A stretch of DNA of 62,978 nucleotides, the filler included, from Sphacelaria rigidula (taxonomy: Eukaryota), in assembly GCA_964200075.2 (NCBI GenBank). It is 6 parts of 6 records of this genome, joined end to end, with 100 filler letters (N's around TTAATTAATTAA, not from the genome) between each part and the next. Parts side by side here need not be neighbours in the genome. Positions count along the whole stretch, not along the records: positions 31,541 to 41,953 come from CAXNAA020006536.1; positions 42,054 to 52,466 come from CAXNAA020006537.1; 4 more parts are not named here. One strand, given 5' to 3'. Numbering within the stretch: the stretch's first letter is position 1; each line of letters opens with the position of its first letter. Made by a program: the position numbers and the translations under genes. Positions 38,560-51,158 of the stretch are shown one piece after another. A model generated the notes under the pieces. That model had not been told where the DNA came from. It ran no database searches and worked only from the letters and a program-made list of their open reading frames with translations.

Positions 38560-41025
38560 TTTGAAACCGAGAAGTCGGTCGATCAAGCAGCAACCGTACC
38601 GCTAATGACCCGGCTTTGCAAGAAAAGGTACAAATCGATTTGGATCGAATGCTGGCCGCAGGGCTCATTCGAAAGTCCCATTCTAATTGGAGTAGCGCCT
38701 TGGTGGTAGTGGAAAAAAAAAACCTGGATACGCTTGACCGGCAACTACAAAGAGCTGAACGACGCGAGGGTCATACCATTCCTAAACATAGCAACGATCG
38801 GCCAGTTATCTGTTGAATAAGCTGGGATGAGCAGAATATTTCACGTATTTAGACATTTTGTCGGGCTATTTCAGCATTTCCATCCACCCAGGCACTATAC
38901 CCCTGACCGCACTTCGTACCCAGTCAGGACAGTATGAGTGGCTAGTCATGCTCATGAGATGTGGTGGTAGCTCGGACTGGTTTCAATCCATCATAGCTAG
39001 AGCGTTTGAGCGTATGGAAAGATGCCGCCAGTACATTGATATCTACGCCTTCAGTAATAGGGGCGCTGAACATGTGCAAGATTGAGCGTGATTCTTCGAG
39101 AGACTAACCAAATTCAACCTCCACCTGGCTACTAAGAAGGCGCATTTGGGCGCCAAGAAAAACATCCTTTTAGGGCACCGCATATATCGACAGAGGAAAT
39201 AGCCACTGATCTGGACAAGGTTGCGGATTTGGAAAATATACCTGTGCCTATGGATATAATACAACTAAGATCCCTGCTGGGTGGGCTCATCTATTACCGT
39301 GAATTTGTACCGAAGATGACGGCCTTAACGAAGCCCTTGAATGATCTGCTGAAAAAAAGAACGGACTTTTATTTTCACACAAGAACACACCGCGGTTGTT
39401 TGATCTTTACTGTCCAAATTGGCGAATCCTGAAGTGTTGGCATTCCCACACTACGAGGGAGCACCCACACGAGAACGACCGTTCATGTTGATAGTGAACG
39501 TGTTTATGGGTGGTCTGGGGGGAGCGATGGAACAGCGGCAAAGGGATGGCACTGCCAGACCGTTATGCTTTTTTGTCATTCCACCCTACTCAACGACAAG
39601 AGTTGGCTAGCTCGGGCGCCGCGGGTCGGGCGGTGACGAAAATGAGGCCTTTGTTTTATGGGGTACCTTTTGAAGTCTGCAGCGACCACTATATTTTACG
39701 CAACTTCTTCAGTCTGGCAGAACACATACCATAGGTGCACTGGTGGCAAGATTTCTTGAGCGCCTACTCGTTTTCACTTTGCTACAAGCCTGGCCCGGTC
39801 AACGCAAACGCCGACATATTATCTCGTTCTGCCGAACGACGGGAGTGAGGAAGATATTTCTGATAAATATATAGCATTACCAATTCTGACAGTGTAGGCG
39901 TGTACCTTGTCGGCGCTCGTGACGTACAGACCAACTGTTTTCTCGACCCGGTAGTTTTAGCTTGGATGGGCGTCGCCTGATGGGCCATGGGCCGGATAGT
40001 TCCAGTGTGGATGGGCTCCGCTCGGATATTTCTAGGGTTGGTCAGAGACGTTTAGGCACGGTATCGGTCTCTGACGGACACCCCTACCTAAGGTATGAGG
40101 TCAAGACAGTGGGACATCGCACTTCACCTATTTTTCCGGACACAGTGACGAGTAGTCAATATACAGCATGATTAATCCTACATGTGTTCTCACTTACTGA
40201 AGTAGGAAGAAGGCTGTTAACAGCACGAACGAATACCGACGTCGATGTGATAACTAACGCAGGAGGCGCCAGCGCTGGTGCAGCGTGTACGCTAGGTATT
40301 AGCGAGGTTCACAATTTTGGGGGAATGTGTGCCGAAAATCAGCCAAGGATTGGGCTAACGATCAGCAAGACGACATTACCTCGCGTACAGTTATTCAGCT
40401 TTCGTGCCAGGAAATAAGAACACTGACTAAAGAACAGGAGACATCCATTTCGCCAGAGGTATATTTGAAAGAGCTACAAAGATTGCTGAAAGCAGGAAAA
40501 CTGTTGGAGCTCCAAAATGGCGCAAGAATGCCGGTCAGCAAAGCCACAGAGGAACAGTCCGGTCAAGAGGACCGAAATCCGAGCAGCTTTGAAAGGTATT
40601 TAGATGAGGAACCAGTCCGGTCGTATGTACCCATTTTGATGAGACCGTGGGCCATGGACCAAACTCACAGGGAATCGGTACACTGAGGGGAGAAAGTCAC
40701 ATTGTCCCGACTACACCGGCACTGTTGGTGAATTGAAATGAAAGACTGCGTAAACGTTTCGATCCGAACATGTTACTATTGTCAGAGCAAGAAAACAGCC
40801 TGGTCAACAGTACGCTGGCCCATAGTATCCCTCGCTCTGCCTAGCAGACCTGGTCGAATGGTGGGAGTAGACCTGTCAGGACCACTGCCTAGAACTGTGA
40901 AGGCTAAAAGTTACATACTGTTGATTGCAGATGAATCCGGTAGACAAGCCGAAGCGTACGCCTTGATTGTCGAGGGAAAAACTGCAGAAGGATGCGCGTC
41001 TAGCCTCGTAAAGAACTATAGATGA
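38560..41025 (+). mobile_element. Degenerate Ty3/Gypsy pol relic (RT, RNase H, integrase)
   Basis: Fragments across frames: QQPYR, LIRKSHSNWSSALVVVEKK, LDILSGYF, GQYEWLVM, LRSLLGGLIYYREFVP, YKPGPVNANADILSR, CYYCQ and VGVDLSGPLP. Many stops and frameshifts. Confidence 0.88.
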
Positions 41026-41364
41026 GGCGGTGCCAGGACACCCTCCTGTTTTCCGTTGGCCGCAGGTGTTGTTTCGGCCAAACAAGAATATTTGTCCAAA
41101 AATGATCAAGTCCATGTGAAAATGGCGATTTGTTCCAGATTTGATCGTTCTCGACCGTTCTTGGACAAAACTTCTTCTTTGGCCCAAACAATACTGCGGC
41201 CATCGAAGAGCGGTAGGATGTCTTGGAACTGCCTTAACGAGTAGAGCAAGTAGTTCTGGGGTGTCCACCTCTGCCTCGCTCTCTTCTAGGCCGTAAAACG
41301 ACGTAGAAGCTCCCAGAAGGCACATTTCCCGACTTTTAATCTCGTTTGTGATAAGCAGCGGCCT

Positions 41365-41721
41365 TACCCAATTTTTGGATACTGTATTTGAAGTCATACC
41401 CAATCTACCCAAAGTTTGGGTAGCGTATTTGAGTTTATTCTACCCAAAAGTTGGGTAGAATATTTGAGATCATACCCAAGTGATACTCTATCTATACTCC
41501 TGTGTTGCTGAGAGTGCTTACCCAATGTCTGGGTAGAGTATTTGAGGTTGTACTTAATCTACCCAAGTTTGGGAGAGTATATGAGACCGTAACCGATCCA
41601 TCCAAATTTTGGGCAGAGTATATCTAAGACGGTACCCAATCTACCCAAACCTCGGGTAGATTAAATACCCGGGTAGTCGACCCGAGTATTCAAACGTACA
41701 TACCATACCCGACCTGCCCTT
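41365..41721. repeat. Non-autonomous element built of TACCCAA..TTGGGTAGAGTATTTGAG palindromic units; related copy at about 53875-54100
   Basis: Repeated ATACCCAATCTACCCAAA.TTTGGGTAGAGTATTTGAG units. Both copies share CAAGTGATACTCTA..GAGAGTGCTTAC. Confidence 0.7.
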
Positions 41722-42053
41722 GGAATGCTTCATGTATTGCTGTATCGGCCTCACTTCATGTACAGCCTTGTCCTGGTTGGCTTCTCGGCTTCCCTCACTA
41801 CCCCCAATATTTATTCAAGTGCTATGTTACCTGCTTTCCCTCCGGCCTCGGCCCGAGCGCTGAGGCCGGGTTGGGCTGGCTGACGGCAGCGGCCCAAGGA
41901 AAGACGCAGCAACTTGGCTAGTGCGGAGTATCTGTGATATCTACTGTCAATCTNNNNNNNNNNNNNNNNNNNNNNNNNNNNNNNNNNNNNNNNNNNNTTA
42001 ATTAATTAANNNNNNNNNNNNNNNNNNNNNNNNNNNNNNNNNNNNNNNNNNNN

Positions 42054-42096
<43 letters not shown>

Positions 42097-42121
42097 GCTG
42101 TTGTTGTTGTTGTTGCTGTTG

Positions 42122-42165
<44 letters not shown>
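42054..42165. repeat. (TTG)n microsatellite
   Basis: About 37 near-perfect TTG units starting at the fragment edge. Confidence 0.95.
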
Positions 42166-42166
<1 letters not shown>

Positions 42167-42844
42167 ATTTTCACTAAAAACCGTTCCGATATCTGCGCGG
42201 TACATTCGTAGTTTTGAAGTAGAAAAATGTCGGTACAGATAGTGTGGTACCGTAATCAGCCCCTCTGGATACAGGTGCAGATGCCATAAGAGATAGATTC
42301 CCCCAAGAAGGTGAGCTTCAATCACGCCGTTCCGTGGAATTCCTGAACACAACGAAGAAAAACGTTTTACGATAGAATCATCATGATCATCACAATACGC
42401 GGCGGCCTCTCACGCTGTGAACTCTTGCCTATTGCTAGAGCGGCCGGCTCTATCAATGTCACAAGGTGGAGCTCCTGCACAGGGTGCCATGCACGACCAT
42501 GGCGACAGTTTCGGCCGCTCTGGGCGTCAGCTAATTTACTTCACCCCATTTTTTAATCATGGAGCCACCCTCAAACATGCAACACACGCCCAAGCTTTCA
42601 ACGGTCGCTTGTGCTCCCAATATGATTGAACTTGATGAGTTGAAACACGGACAAATTCCTATTATTCAAGTCGAAACCCCTTACTTATGTCACACTTTCA
42701 CAACTGCGGTCATGGGTGTAATGCGTGAGAGGACCGCGTGCTTAGAGGACCGCGCCGTAGTTCAAAACACCGCAGGATTGATGTTTATCAAAACCGATCG
42801 GGCCAGTCCCTGCAGGTACCACACCCCTGACCATAACCCCGACA

Positions 42845-42875
42845 CTAACCCTAACCCTAACCCTAACCCTAACCA
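42845..42875. repeat. Interstitial telomere-like (CCCTAA)n; second tract at about 46657-46698
   Basis: Tandem CCCTAA (TTAGGG) units. Confidence 0.85.
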
Positions 42876-45723
42876 TAGGGATGTTCAAATTCCGATGCGG
42901 TCCTCTAAGCACGCGGTCCTCTCACCCATTACAATGGGTACATACATACACGAAGATAGGAGCATCCCCAGGGGCAACAATGGAGTATGAAGAGCTGGGC
43001 AGTAAAGTGGGTTTTGCTAGTACCGGTACTGCTGGGGGTATTATCCTGTGCAGTTGAGCGGTGTTGTTCTGTTGGTGCCGAGATATATATGGCGCCATCG
43101 TCGGAAATAATTGCGGCACGGCATCCATAGGGAATGACAAGATTTCTGGGCACTTTTATTGATCAATATATTTCGCGTGGCGACATAGTTTGCATTCGAA
43201 GGATTTGCCGTAGCCACAATACGCGCTCAGCATCAGCCATGGGCTCTGCACCACCGGGTCGCCGCAAGACCCAAAGGAAAGGTTTCGAATATAAATACCT
43301 CGACGCTATTTCACACCACCCGTCACAGGCCGCACGGTTCACCTCCAGGAAGCTCTTGGAGATCCTACTTCGGTTTCGCATCATTTCCATAGAAAACCGA
43401 AACTTGCACACTCACAGCAATTTGCTCATCATCTTGAACCCGTACGCGTGTGCTGCACGACCCGCTGAAATAACGTGTCCCGACGCTAACATCTCTGCAA
43501 AATCGCCAGGATTCATGAGCTAAAGGTTCGTCTCGGAGACTTCGAAGTTTGCCGAGCAATTCCGAAACGTTCATCATAGCGCTTTCGTGCTTCGAGATAT
43601 ATCGACATTAATGAGCATTCGTCCATAAGCTGCTGTAGTATGTATACCATGAAGAAGCGCCGCGTAAGGTCGTCATTTTCCGATTCCCCCAGAAGGCTAG
43701 ATGCACGCAACATGCTGCAAAATCCTTGAACCAGGGGCTTGCTAATTATCGCCCGAGGTTTTTGACGCGCGACATCGTCCCACCCCCACGTGCACAACTT
43801 CGGGTATTCTCTATCACGGCGAATTCTGTTTCGTGTCATCCCTACCTACGTACTTGACATCGACAGGAGGGCAAAGATTCTCACGGCAAAAGATCCCACA
43901 ACGTTGACGATTGAAGGTGGCGACTTTGAGGAGGATTTCGAGGCAGAGAGCCGAACAGCCGCCGTTCACATGAGACAGGCGAGGGAGGGTTCACGCCTGA
44001 GCATAACTCTAACTTGTTCGTTGTCGAATTTTATTTCACGGGTGGCCGCGGGAACATGCATGTGGATGTCATGAGTATATGCAAGCCACGTTGTGGATGG
44101 AAGGCTGTACCGCATCGCATTATCCTCGTGACGATCAGACCGCAGCCCACTATACCCTCAAGCCTGGTGTTGCAAGTTGAGCGATATCACGTTCTGTCGA
44201 TGGCGAGTTGCGCGTGTTTTGTCCCCGTCGGTTGGGGAGACGTTGACGTTGTTTGTTGTTATGTGATTATCCAATGTTGGTGACGGCCTGTACAGGATGC
44301 GGTGTGAAGTACCTAGTGTCTTGTGCACATGTACCACTTGCGAGTGCGTGTGCCTCTTTGGGATAGGTTGCCACCATAATCGATACCGTTGTTTGTGGGC
44401 AATTTTCTGGATGCATTCGACTCTTTGAGGTCTGTTGGTATGATAAACCGGTGAGGTCTCCCAGAGGATGAAGGCCGACAACTACGAAACATCTGAGCAA
44501 GGTTGCCCTCCACACTCGCTGCTCCCCCGCTTCGGTCCATGTTGTCTTTATCATGCGTACATTAAGCACCATGCCACTTGACATATCAAGTCTTTTAAAT
44601 CGCGTTTTTCTTACTACGGCTTCCGTCATTGGGGTCAGGTGATACCGTCTGGGGCTAGATGGTATCAACAACGGTTTCAATACTGAGTAGTTCTGCGCAT
44701 AGGAATACAAGTTGAAACTTCGCATTTTCGATTGCAAGCGATTGTTTCAGGTTTCTCGGTTACCACACCTCATCACGGATTATGTATGACTCCAAACTTT
44801 GAGAATCGAGAAACATGAATATCCGACATAACGTTCGGAAAATGATGCTTTCCGCGACCATTTTCGAACGAGTCACGGGCTCACCGGTCTTTGCGGGTCC
44901 TACCAGCGTACAGCCTCCGGATCTCGCTCGTCGACATTTTTGCTGATTCGAACCGATCCGGATCATGATAGTGAACGTTTCTCTGGTTCAGTTTATGTAT
45001 TGATACTCTCGAGATTTATTGCGCCACAGCCGAGAGATGTGTTTGTATCAAGTACGGTCAATAAGACCCTCTCGACAAACAGGGTTATTCTCCGGCTTGT
45101 TCCCACAGCACAAGATTGGGAAATGTGTCCTGAGGTCGACCTGTTCCTTTTTTTTATGCGTAATTCATACCTTACTCTGTCCATGGCACGTATGGCCAAC
45201 CATTCCGTACTCCTCATACAGCGCTTCCTCTCGTGATTTACGCTGATTTCAGGAACTGACAGACTTCGAGGAGAAAAATGTGAAAAGTGGCCTTGGCAAA
45301 AAGGTGCCCAAACATGGACAACCGCAGAAGGTGCGCTACTCAGTTAAACACCCAGGCAACCGAACAAGCTGCATCACAGGGTTCAGGCATCCAGCTTGGA
45401 AGTAATAAAGGGTGACAAGGTCGCACGGATACCTTCGTTGAACCTTACAGTATGGAGAGGCCGTTCATTTCCCCGACATCGTTTCCCAATATGACGGTGA
45501 TTGCCGGCTGCTGTGCACACTGTTTCGATCAGCCTTCTTCGAACCTTGACAATATGAACACGCGTTTGGGGTGGTTCAAGTGCATCAATTTGCTGGAGTA
45601 ACCGCTTGATGACCAAGGTTTTGTCCACAAGACAGTAGCGAGTACGGTAAACGTCTTCATGGTCATTGGTATAGCAGAATGCTCATGTGCAGAGCTGAAG
45701 GAAAACACGGTAATGCCCTCGAT

Positions 45724-45855
45724 GTACACTACGCACAGGTGGCCACTGGGGTGCCTGCAAACTCAAATTTGGACGTTACAGGCCTCGTGCAACGTCTGTA
45801 ACGTCCAAATTTGAGGTTGCAGGCACCTCAGTGGCCACACGTGCGGGGAGTGTAC
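45724..45855. ncRNA. Candidate pre-miRNA-like long hairpin
   Basis: 43-bp stem 45739-45781 / 45796-45838 with one G-U pair and one mismatch and a 14-nt loop, extended by outer pairings CGCAC/GTGCG and GTACACT/AGTGTAC. Confidence 0.5.
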
Positions 45856-46097
45856 TGCAGGAACTCTTGGCGATAATGCGCTTCGGGATATCGTGCGACC
45901 TTCTGTACACGAGCATCAGACGACGAAAACAGCAAGATCATTCTGATGACCGCACTGATACACCCTTTTCACGGCAACACACCCGGTACCTCAGTGCCAC
46001 TATACACGGTTTGTAAACATGGGTTTTCCACACGAAGGGAAGTCGTTCTACATGCACCGAGGATGATAACTGAGCGTCGAAGCACCGGCCGGTTGGT

Positions 46098-49000
46098 ATG
46101 AAGCTCTATGCTCGGGGCTTTAACATGTGGCACACTCAGAGAGCTCACCAGGTTGAAGTCTTCTTCGGTCGTCTCCCTCGGGCTATACAACGACCGAATA
46201 TTTTTGCGGTGGAGCACCTGACGTTGGTCGCTGTGCTCTGTTCAGCTTATTCGGCGAATATCTCAAATGTGGGAGTCACCACAAGTTCACCGTAGTGTAT
46301 GGACCTCGTTCTCTCCTGTACCTTACTGCAGGGAGGGGGCGATTGGAGTGTGGACACCCCTGCCCTTTCAGTCCTGACGAACATGGCGAAGGAGAGAGGA
46401 GTCGGACCGAGGGTAGCCTTGAAAGAGGCGTATGCCCACTTCCGCGCGCTTGATCTCTCGGGCATGAACATTACAAGAGTGGGTGATGGGAACATGCCGA
46501 CTTAAGTGTGGGGAGCATACGTTTCTAGTAGCATGCTGTAGTCGCTCGTCCATTAGCGCGTGCTCGGGAGCACAGCGCGACCGGCGGAACGGGCGGCCGG
46601 GGGCGGGGAGTCTACGAATAGTTCCTTGGCCCCGCGGAGTGATGAGAGGCACTTGCTAGCCCTAGCCCTAACCCTAACCCTAACCCTAACCCTAACCCTT
46701 GTGCTGGTTGATGGTCATTTTTCTAGATCACGTTTTGAAGCTGTTATGGCCGTACCCTACTTGCGGGGTGGTGGTCGATAGAGAGGTCTGCGCTTACTGC
46801 TGTGCCGCACTTCATTGAGAATCTTCCTTCCCTCGCTGATGTTGCGCTGCGCCAGATGGATCCTCCATTCACTCACTTCGAGAACCTCATTGACTTGGAT
46901 GTGGATAGAAACTGCTTGAGAGTACTGGAGAACCTTCCCGAAGGAATCGTCACGCTTTCCTGCGCCGCCAACGACTTATCAGGTGACGAAAACGAGCCGG
47001 TAGACCCGAACGATGATGGTGCATGCGTTCGTATTATAATTTTAACGGTGATTTTGCCCCACGTCCTTTTCTCGGGACGATTTCAAAGTCTCGAGACACC
47101 AACCTCTCCTACTTCCTGCACGTACTTGATGATAGCACTGTGGGATTGCGGACTAAATAATTGCTCTTACGCCACGTCGAATCTCGTCGATGTTCTGCCC
47201 TCATGCTGCCAATGACGGAAACCAGATGCTGATATAAAAATACCTCATCTGTCGGGACTGTAGTATTCTATCTTCCACCCCTAACTGGTCGTTGGAATAT
47301 CAATCAGACCACCGGCGAGGTGGCACCTGTGTTTTTACTACGGGGCTGCTGTTCCATACCCTTTCTTTACAATAATTCATCGATCACGTCAAATCACTAT
47401 CCAAGTGTCATGCTTAAGGGTGTTGAGCTCGTGCCAAGTATTGAGATATTCGTACCAGCCGTGTTGTCGTCATCCCCGGGTAAAAACAACGAGCTGAGTG
47501 ACGACAGGAAATTGCACTGTTGACCGTTCCATCGCCCGCAACTGCACCTTCCCCAGATCGGGCCCTGGACGCTCTTCCCGCCCTGCCTCGCCTCTCGTCG
47601 TTGGGCCTGTCTTACAACACACTGTCCGACCAATCCATCACGCCGTACCCGAGACGAGCTGACGCGGAGAGTATAAACCTCAAGCCTCTGGCAGAGCGGA
47701 CTGAACAAGGCCTACTTGTACCCACAAACGGACAGTTAACGTTCCACGAGAAGTTCACTCGACTTGAGCACTTGGACGTTTCATGGAACGCGTTGTGCGA
47801 TCTCCGCGTGATTCTGGACAGCCTCGGGTAAGAGTGATCTGTCGTGTTCGATATCTCTCACTGTTCAGCGCAGCACGTTTCAATCGTATGCAACTTGCAA
47901 CAAGCATCGACGGAACGAAAATGTCATCTGTACATGATGACCGGCGAGTCTAGACAAGCAATCCATTTCATCACTTGGTGCAAAACCCTCGACCGCGTTG
48001 TGCAGCCACACGCTCGAACCGATGCGCAGAAGGTATTTGTAATGCATCTCATTGCTGCAAGTGAAGGAACTCATGGAGGAGTCATCTGTTTCGCACGTGT
48101 TTTCGTAGCCAACCGAGCACAGGAAGGCGTCGTTCAGTACCAACCGCGAGGCCTCCGCCCTCGTTCATATCCGAATTTTGTACTGCGCTCTCTCTTTCTC
48201 TTCTGCGATGCATTGTGTATTATCACGTCCTCGTCAAGTCCCCTGAAGGGGACGCTTCGCCATCTCTTTCTTGCAGGAAATCCTGCGGCGCTTCTTCCTT
48301 CATACCGAGAAAGGGTGCTGGCAGCATGCGGCTCACAACTGATGGTGCTTGACGACATCGGGGTGGCGAGTGAAGAGCGCTTAGAACAAAACAGAACTGA
48401 TATCCGGGGTATAGACGAGGGGTGGAGAGGAAAACCTCGCCGCGTACCTTTGGCCTCTCAAGAGAAAGCAGTAGGCTGTCAGGGGGTCTATATCGAGACG
48501 GTTCACTTCTCTGTCAAGGTGAGCGGGTGGGCACGGTTGCGGCCTAAAACTGGAGACCATCTACAAGCTGTTTGTGCCGACCTGGGGATTGTGACCGGTG
48601 TGTACGACGTTGCTCTACTATCAAACTCGAACACACAACGTGATCAGACATTGAAATGGAGATACGTGTTATGCCGAGTGCGAAACCACGCACCGAAATA
48701 GGCGGGGCACTGGTGCGGTAGGACTATCCTCTCCGCTTGTTTAGTTTTGCTAGATGTTTGGTCATCACGGACGCGCTTTCAACGAACCGCTGGTCCTCCA
48801 ACGGCATCGCAGAAGATACTGCGGGATGAAATATATATGGCTGCGCCGCCCTCGTGTCATGATAGCCGCCCTTTTTTGTGCTGTTCTCGCGGAATCAGGT
48901 TGTCAGCATAACTAACCTGCCTGAACTCGCGCTGGAGCACGTTGAAATGTCTTCCGATGGGACTACCGCAGCTGAAGCGCCCCCTTCCGATGAAGACGAC

Positions 49001-51158
49001 GCAGCTGACGTCGGTGGCGAAGATACACCCCGCATGCCGACACAGCTGGGAGAAGTGCAGGTAGGCCTCCGGGGTCTCCGTGTTGGGGATTGTTGATCCA
49101 GTGTTCAACATCATATATAGACAGAGTTGAGTCGTTGCTGTGCTGGTGGCTGTTGGTGTATTTTCTGGCAATGAATTCACCGACAATACACGGGAGATTG
49201 ATCGTGGCTTACGTCTAATGGGCGGGGACGGGGAGGGGGGGAAGTGGGTCCAAAAAGGTTCCTCGAGTAAGTGAGGTACGTACAGAGTTCAAGCGTCGAC
49301 GCTTAACCCTTTTGGAACCGTTGGCGGAAAAATGAGGGTTCACACTCGACGTTCTCTTGGGCAAGGTGTGGTTGGTGTTCTGCAAGTGTTGATAGTGTAG
49401 CACAGTAAAACGGTGCACCAGTCTAATCAAGTATACCATGTGACAGCAGGTTCGTGCACCGAACTCCAATTGACGTGCACCGAACTCCAAGTGACGTTTC
49501 CCCGGTGACGAAACCTAATATATGGGAATTTGTACTGTTTTTCGGGAGGTCGAAAAGGGTTGATATCAGGAACGGAATACGTCCAATTTGGTACGGCACC
49601 GACCACAGCCGGTATTACCGACCCCGTGCCTAGGCCTGTGAATAACAGCATCACATCTGCATCTACAACCTTTGGGGGCTCTGAAGGTTTACAACACTCC
49701 ACGAGTTCAGCGGGCCTGTGCCTGGCTACAGCAGCGTCTGACCACTAGCATTGTTGATGAATCACTCTCGAGATGGTGATCTGGGTCGCTTCATGGACCA
49801 CATGCGGCATGTCACGAGTGATGCTACGCGGTAGGGGTACACAAATATTTTCTGAGGTTAAAATTGTTAGGAGCCCTTTATCTCATCCAAGACACGACTT
49901 ATGAGAATATGCGAGAGTACGCCAGGATTACTCCTCTAATGTGCTGGGGATATCACAAATGAACTTGCAAACGGGGATGCCCTGACCCATATCCTTGTAC
50001 GTCTAGAATCGTTGGGAGCACCTGAACCAGACAAAATTTCGCGAAAAAAGTGCACCCCTACCGTAGCATCGCTCTCGCATCTTTGAAAGGTTCCACACGT
50101 CGGACAGCGGATGAGATACCTAAATATTACTTCTTATTAGTGTACTGATCCACGTTTCATTTGGCCCCTGTTCCTGTATTTGCGCCCTACAGTATAGCGC
50201 TGGATGCTGATCACGGGCAGTAGCGCAGAGGTTGCGCTTTGGCTTCTCTGACCCCACCCCAGCGTGCCATGTACTTGATGATTTTGAACCAACGAATCTG
50301 AGACTCTTCTCGAAATGGTTCTTTTCATGCAGCTCATGAGTTTTACAAAGTGTGAAAGGCTCTCCCCATATATATATATATATATATTGATTATTGATTG
50401 TCGCACTTTTACGGACTCCCCAGGAGCCCAGCCGTGGTCTCATGACAGACGTACCCAACAAAAACTAAACTGAAACACGCTCTGAGAAAAAGAAGGAACA
50501 TAAGAAAAAGGGGGGGGGTCGAACAGAACGACAAAGAAGACTAAGTCGTGACGAAAAAAACGGTAGTGAAAAAGTCAACACAAGCAAAGCACAGAAAGAA
50601 ATGGCCGATCTAAAACAAGAAAAAAAGAAAAGCAGAGGAAAGTATAGGGCAAATAAAATATAATACAATAAAACGATGGAAAACACAACATACATGTATA
50701 TACAGCAGATAAAATCTGGCTCGTAAGCTGTGGTTCCGTGTGGCGTCTTTCTCGTTGTGCCACAGTTTCGTATGCCAGGAACCAAAAGCACAGCACCGGT
50801 TCGAACGGGAACCTTTGCCTGGAGTACCGAAGTAGACTGCCGGGAACGAAGTTTGCAGGAAGAAGAAACTACTACCGCGACCGTATCACCTATTCCAGAC
50901 GGCGATTTGAGCAGCAATGCGACGGAAACCGGCAGCCTCCGATGGAGTACCAATACAACCGCACCGCCTACAACGGCGATGCGGGATGAAGTGCGGTTCG
51001 TCGGAGTTGGAGTATCGATATTCGTGTTCGGCGCTCACGAGGTATATCATGTCCAGAATAGGCCATGCTTGTTGTCGTGAGGGAGAATAATTGACACCTG
51101 CTGTACTTGTAAACAGATTATGCGATTCTAGACGCAAGCAGGGGCCACCCCAAGCTAG
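46098..51158 (+). CDS. Leucine-rich repeat protein with LRR cap (possibly LRRC43-like)
   Basis: Phase-consistent exons 46332-46478, 46856-46982, 47557-47827, 48239-48518, 48899-49060 and 50766-51041. First (46098-46151) and last (51132-51158) exons are tentative. LRRs include LDLSGMNI, LDVDRNCL, LGLSYNTL and LDVSWNAL; cap LFLAGNP..PSYRERV..LMVLD. Confidence 0.82.
49816..50074. mobile_element. 259-bp Sola-like MITE in an LRR gene intron
   Basis: TIR GAGTGATGCTACG..GTAGGGG / CCCCTACCGTAGCATCGCTC with flanks TCAC/TCGC. Inverted homologue of 35575-35831. Confidence 0.85.

Noticed and set aside
41365..41721. Repeat-spacer pattern that could suggest a CRISPR array
   Set aside because: Units are degenerate and irregularly spaced, lack unique spacers and cas genes, and sit in a eukaryotic context.
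42002..42352. Poly-T/poly-Q ORF
   Set aside because: Translation of the (TTG)n microsatellite running into the N spacer.
44267..44737. 156-aa ORF considered as a Fanzor/TnpB or MULE fragment
   Set aside because: No RuvC, zinc-finger or DDE motif could be recognised.
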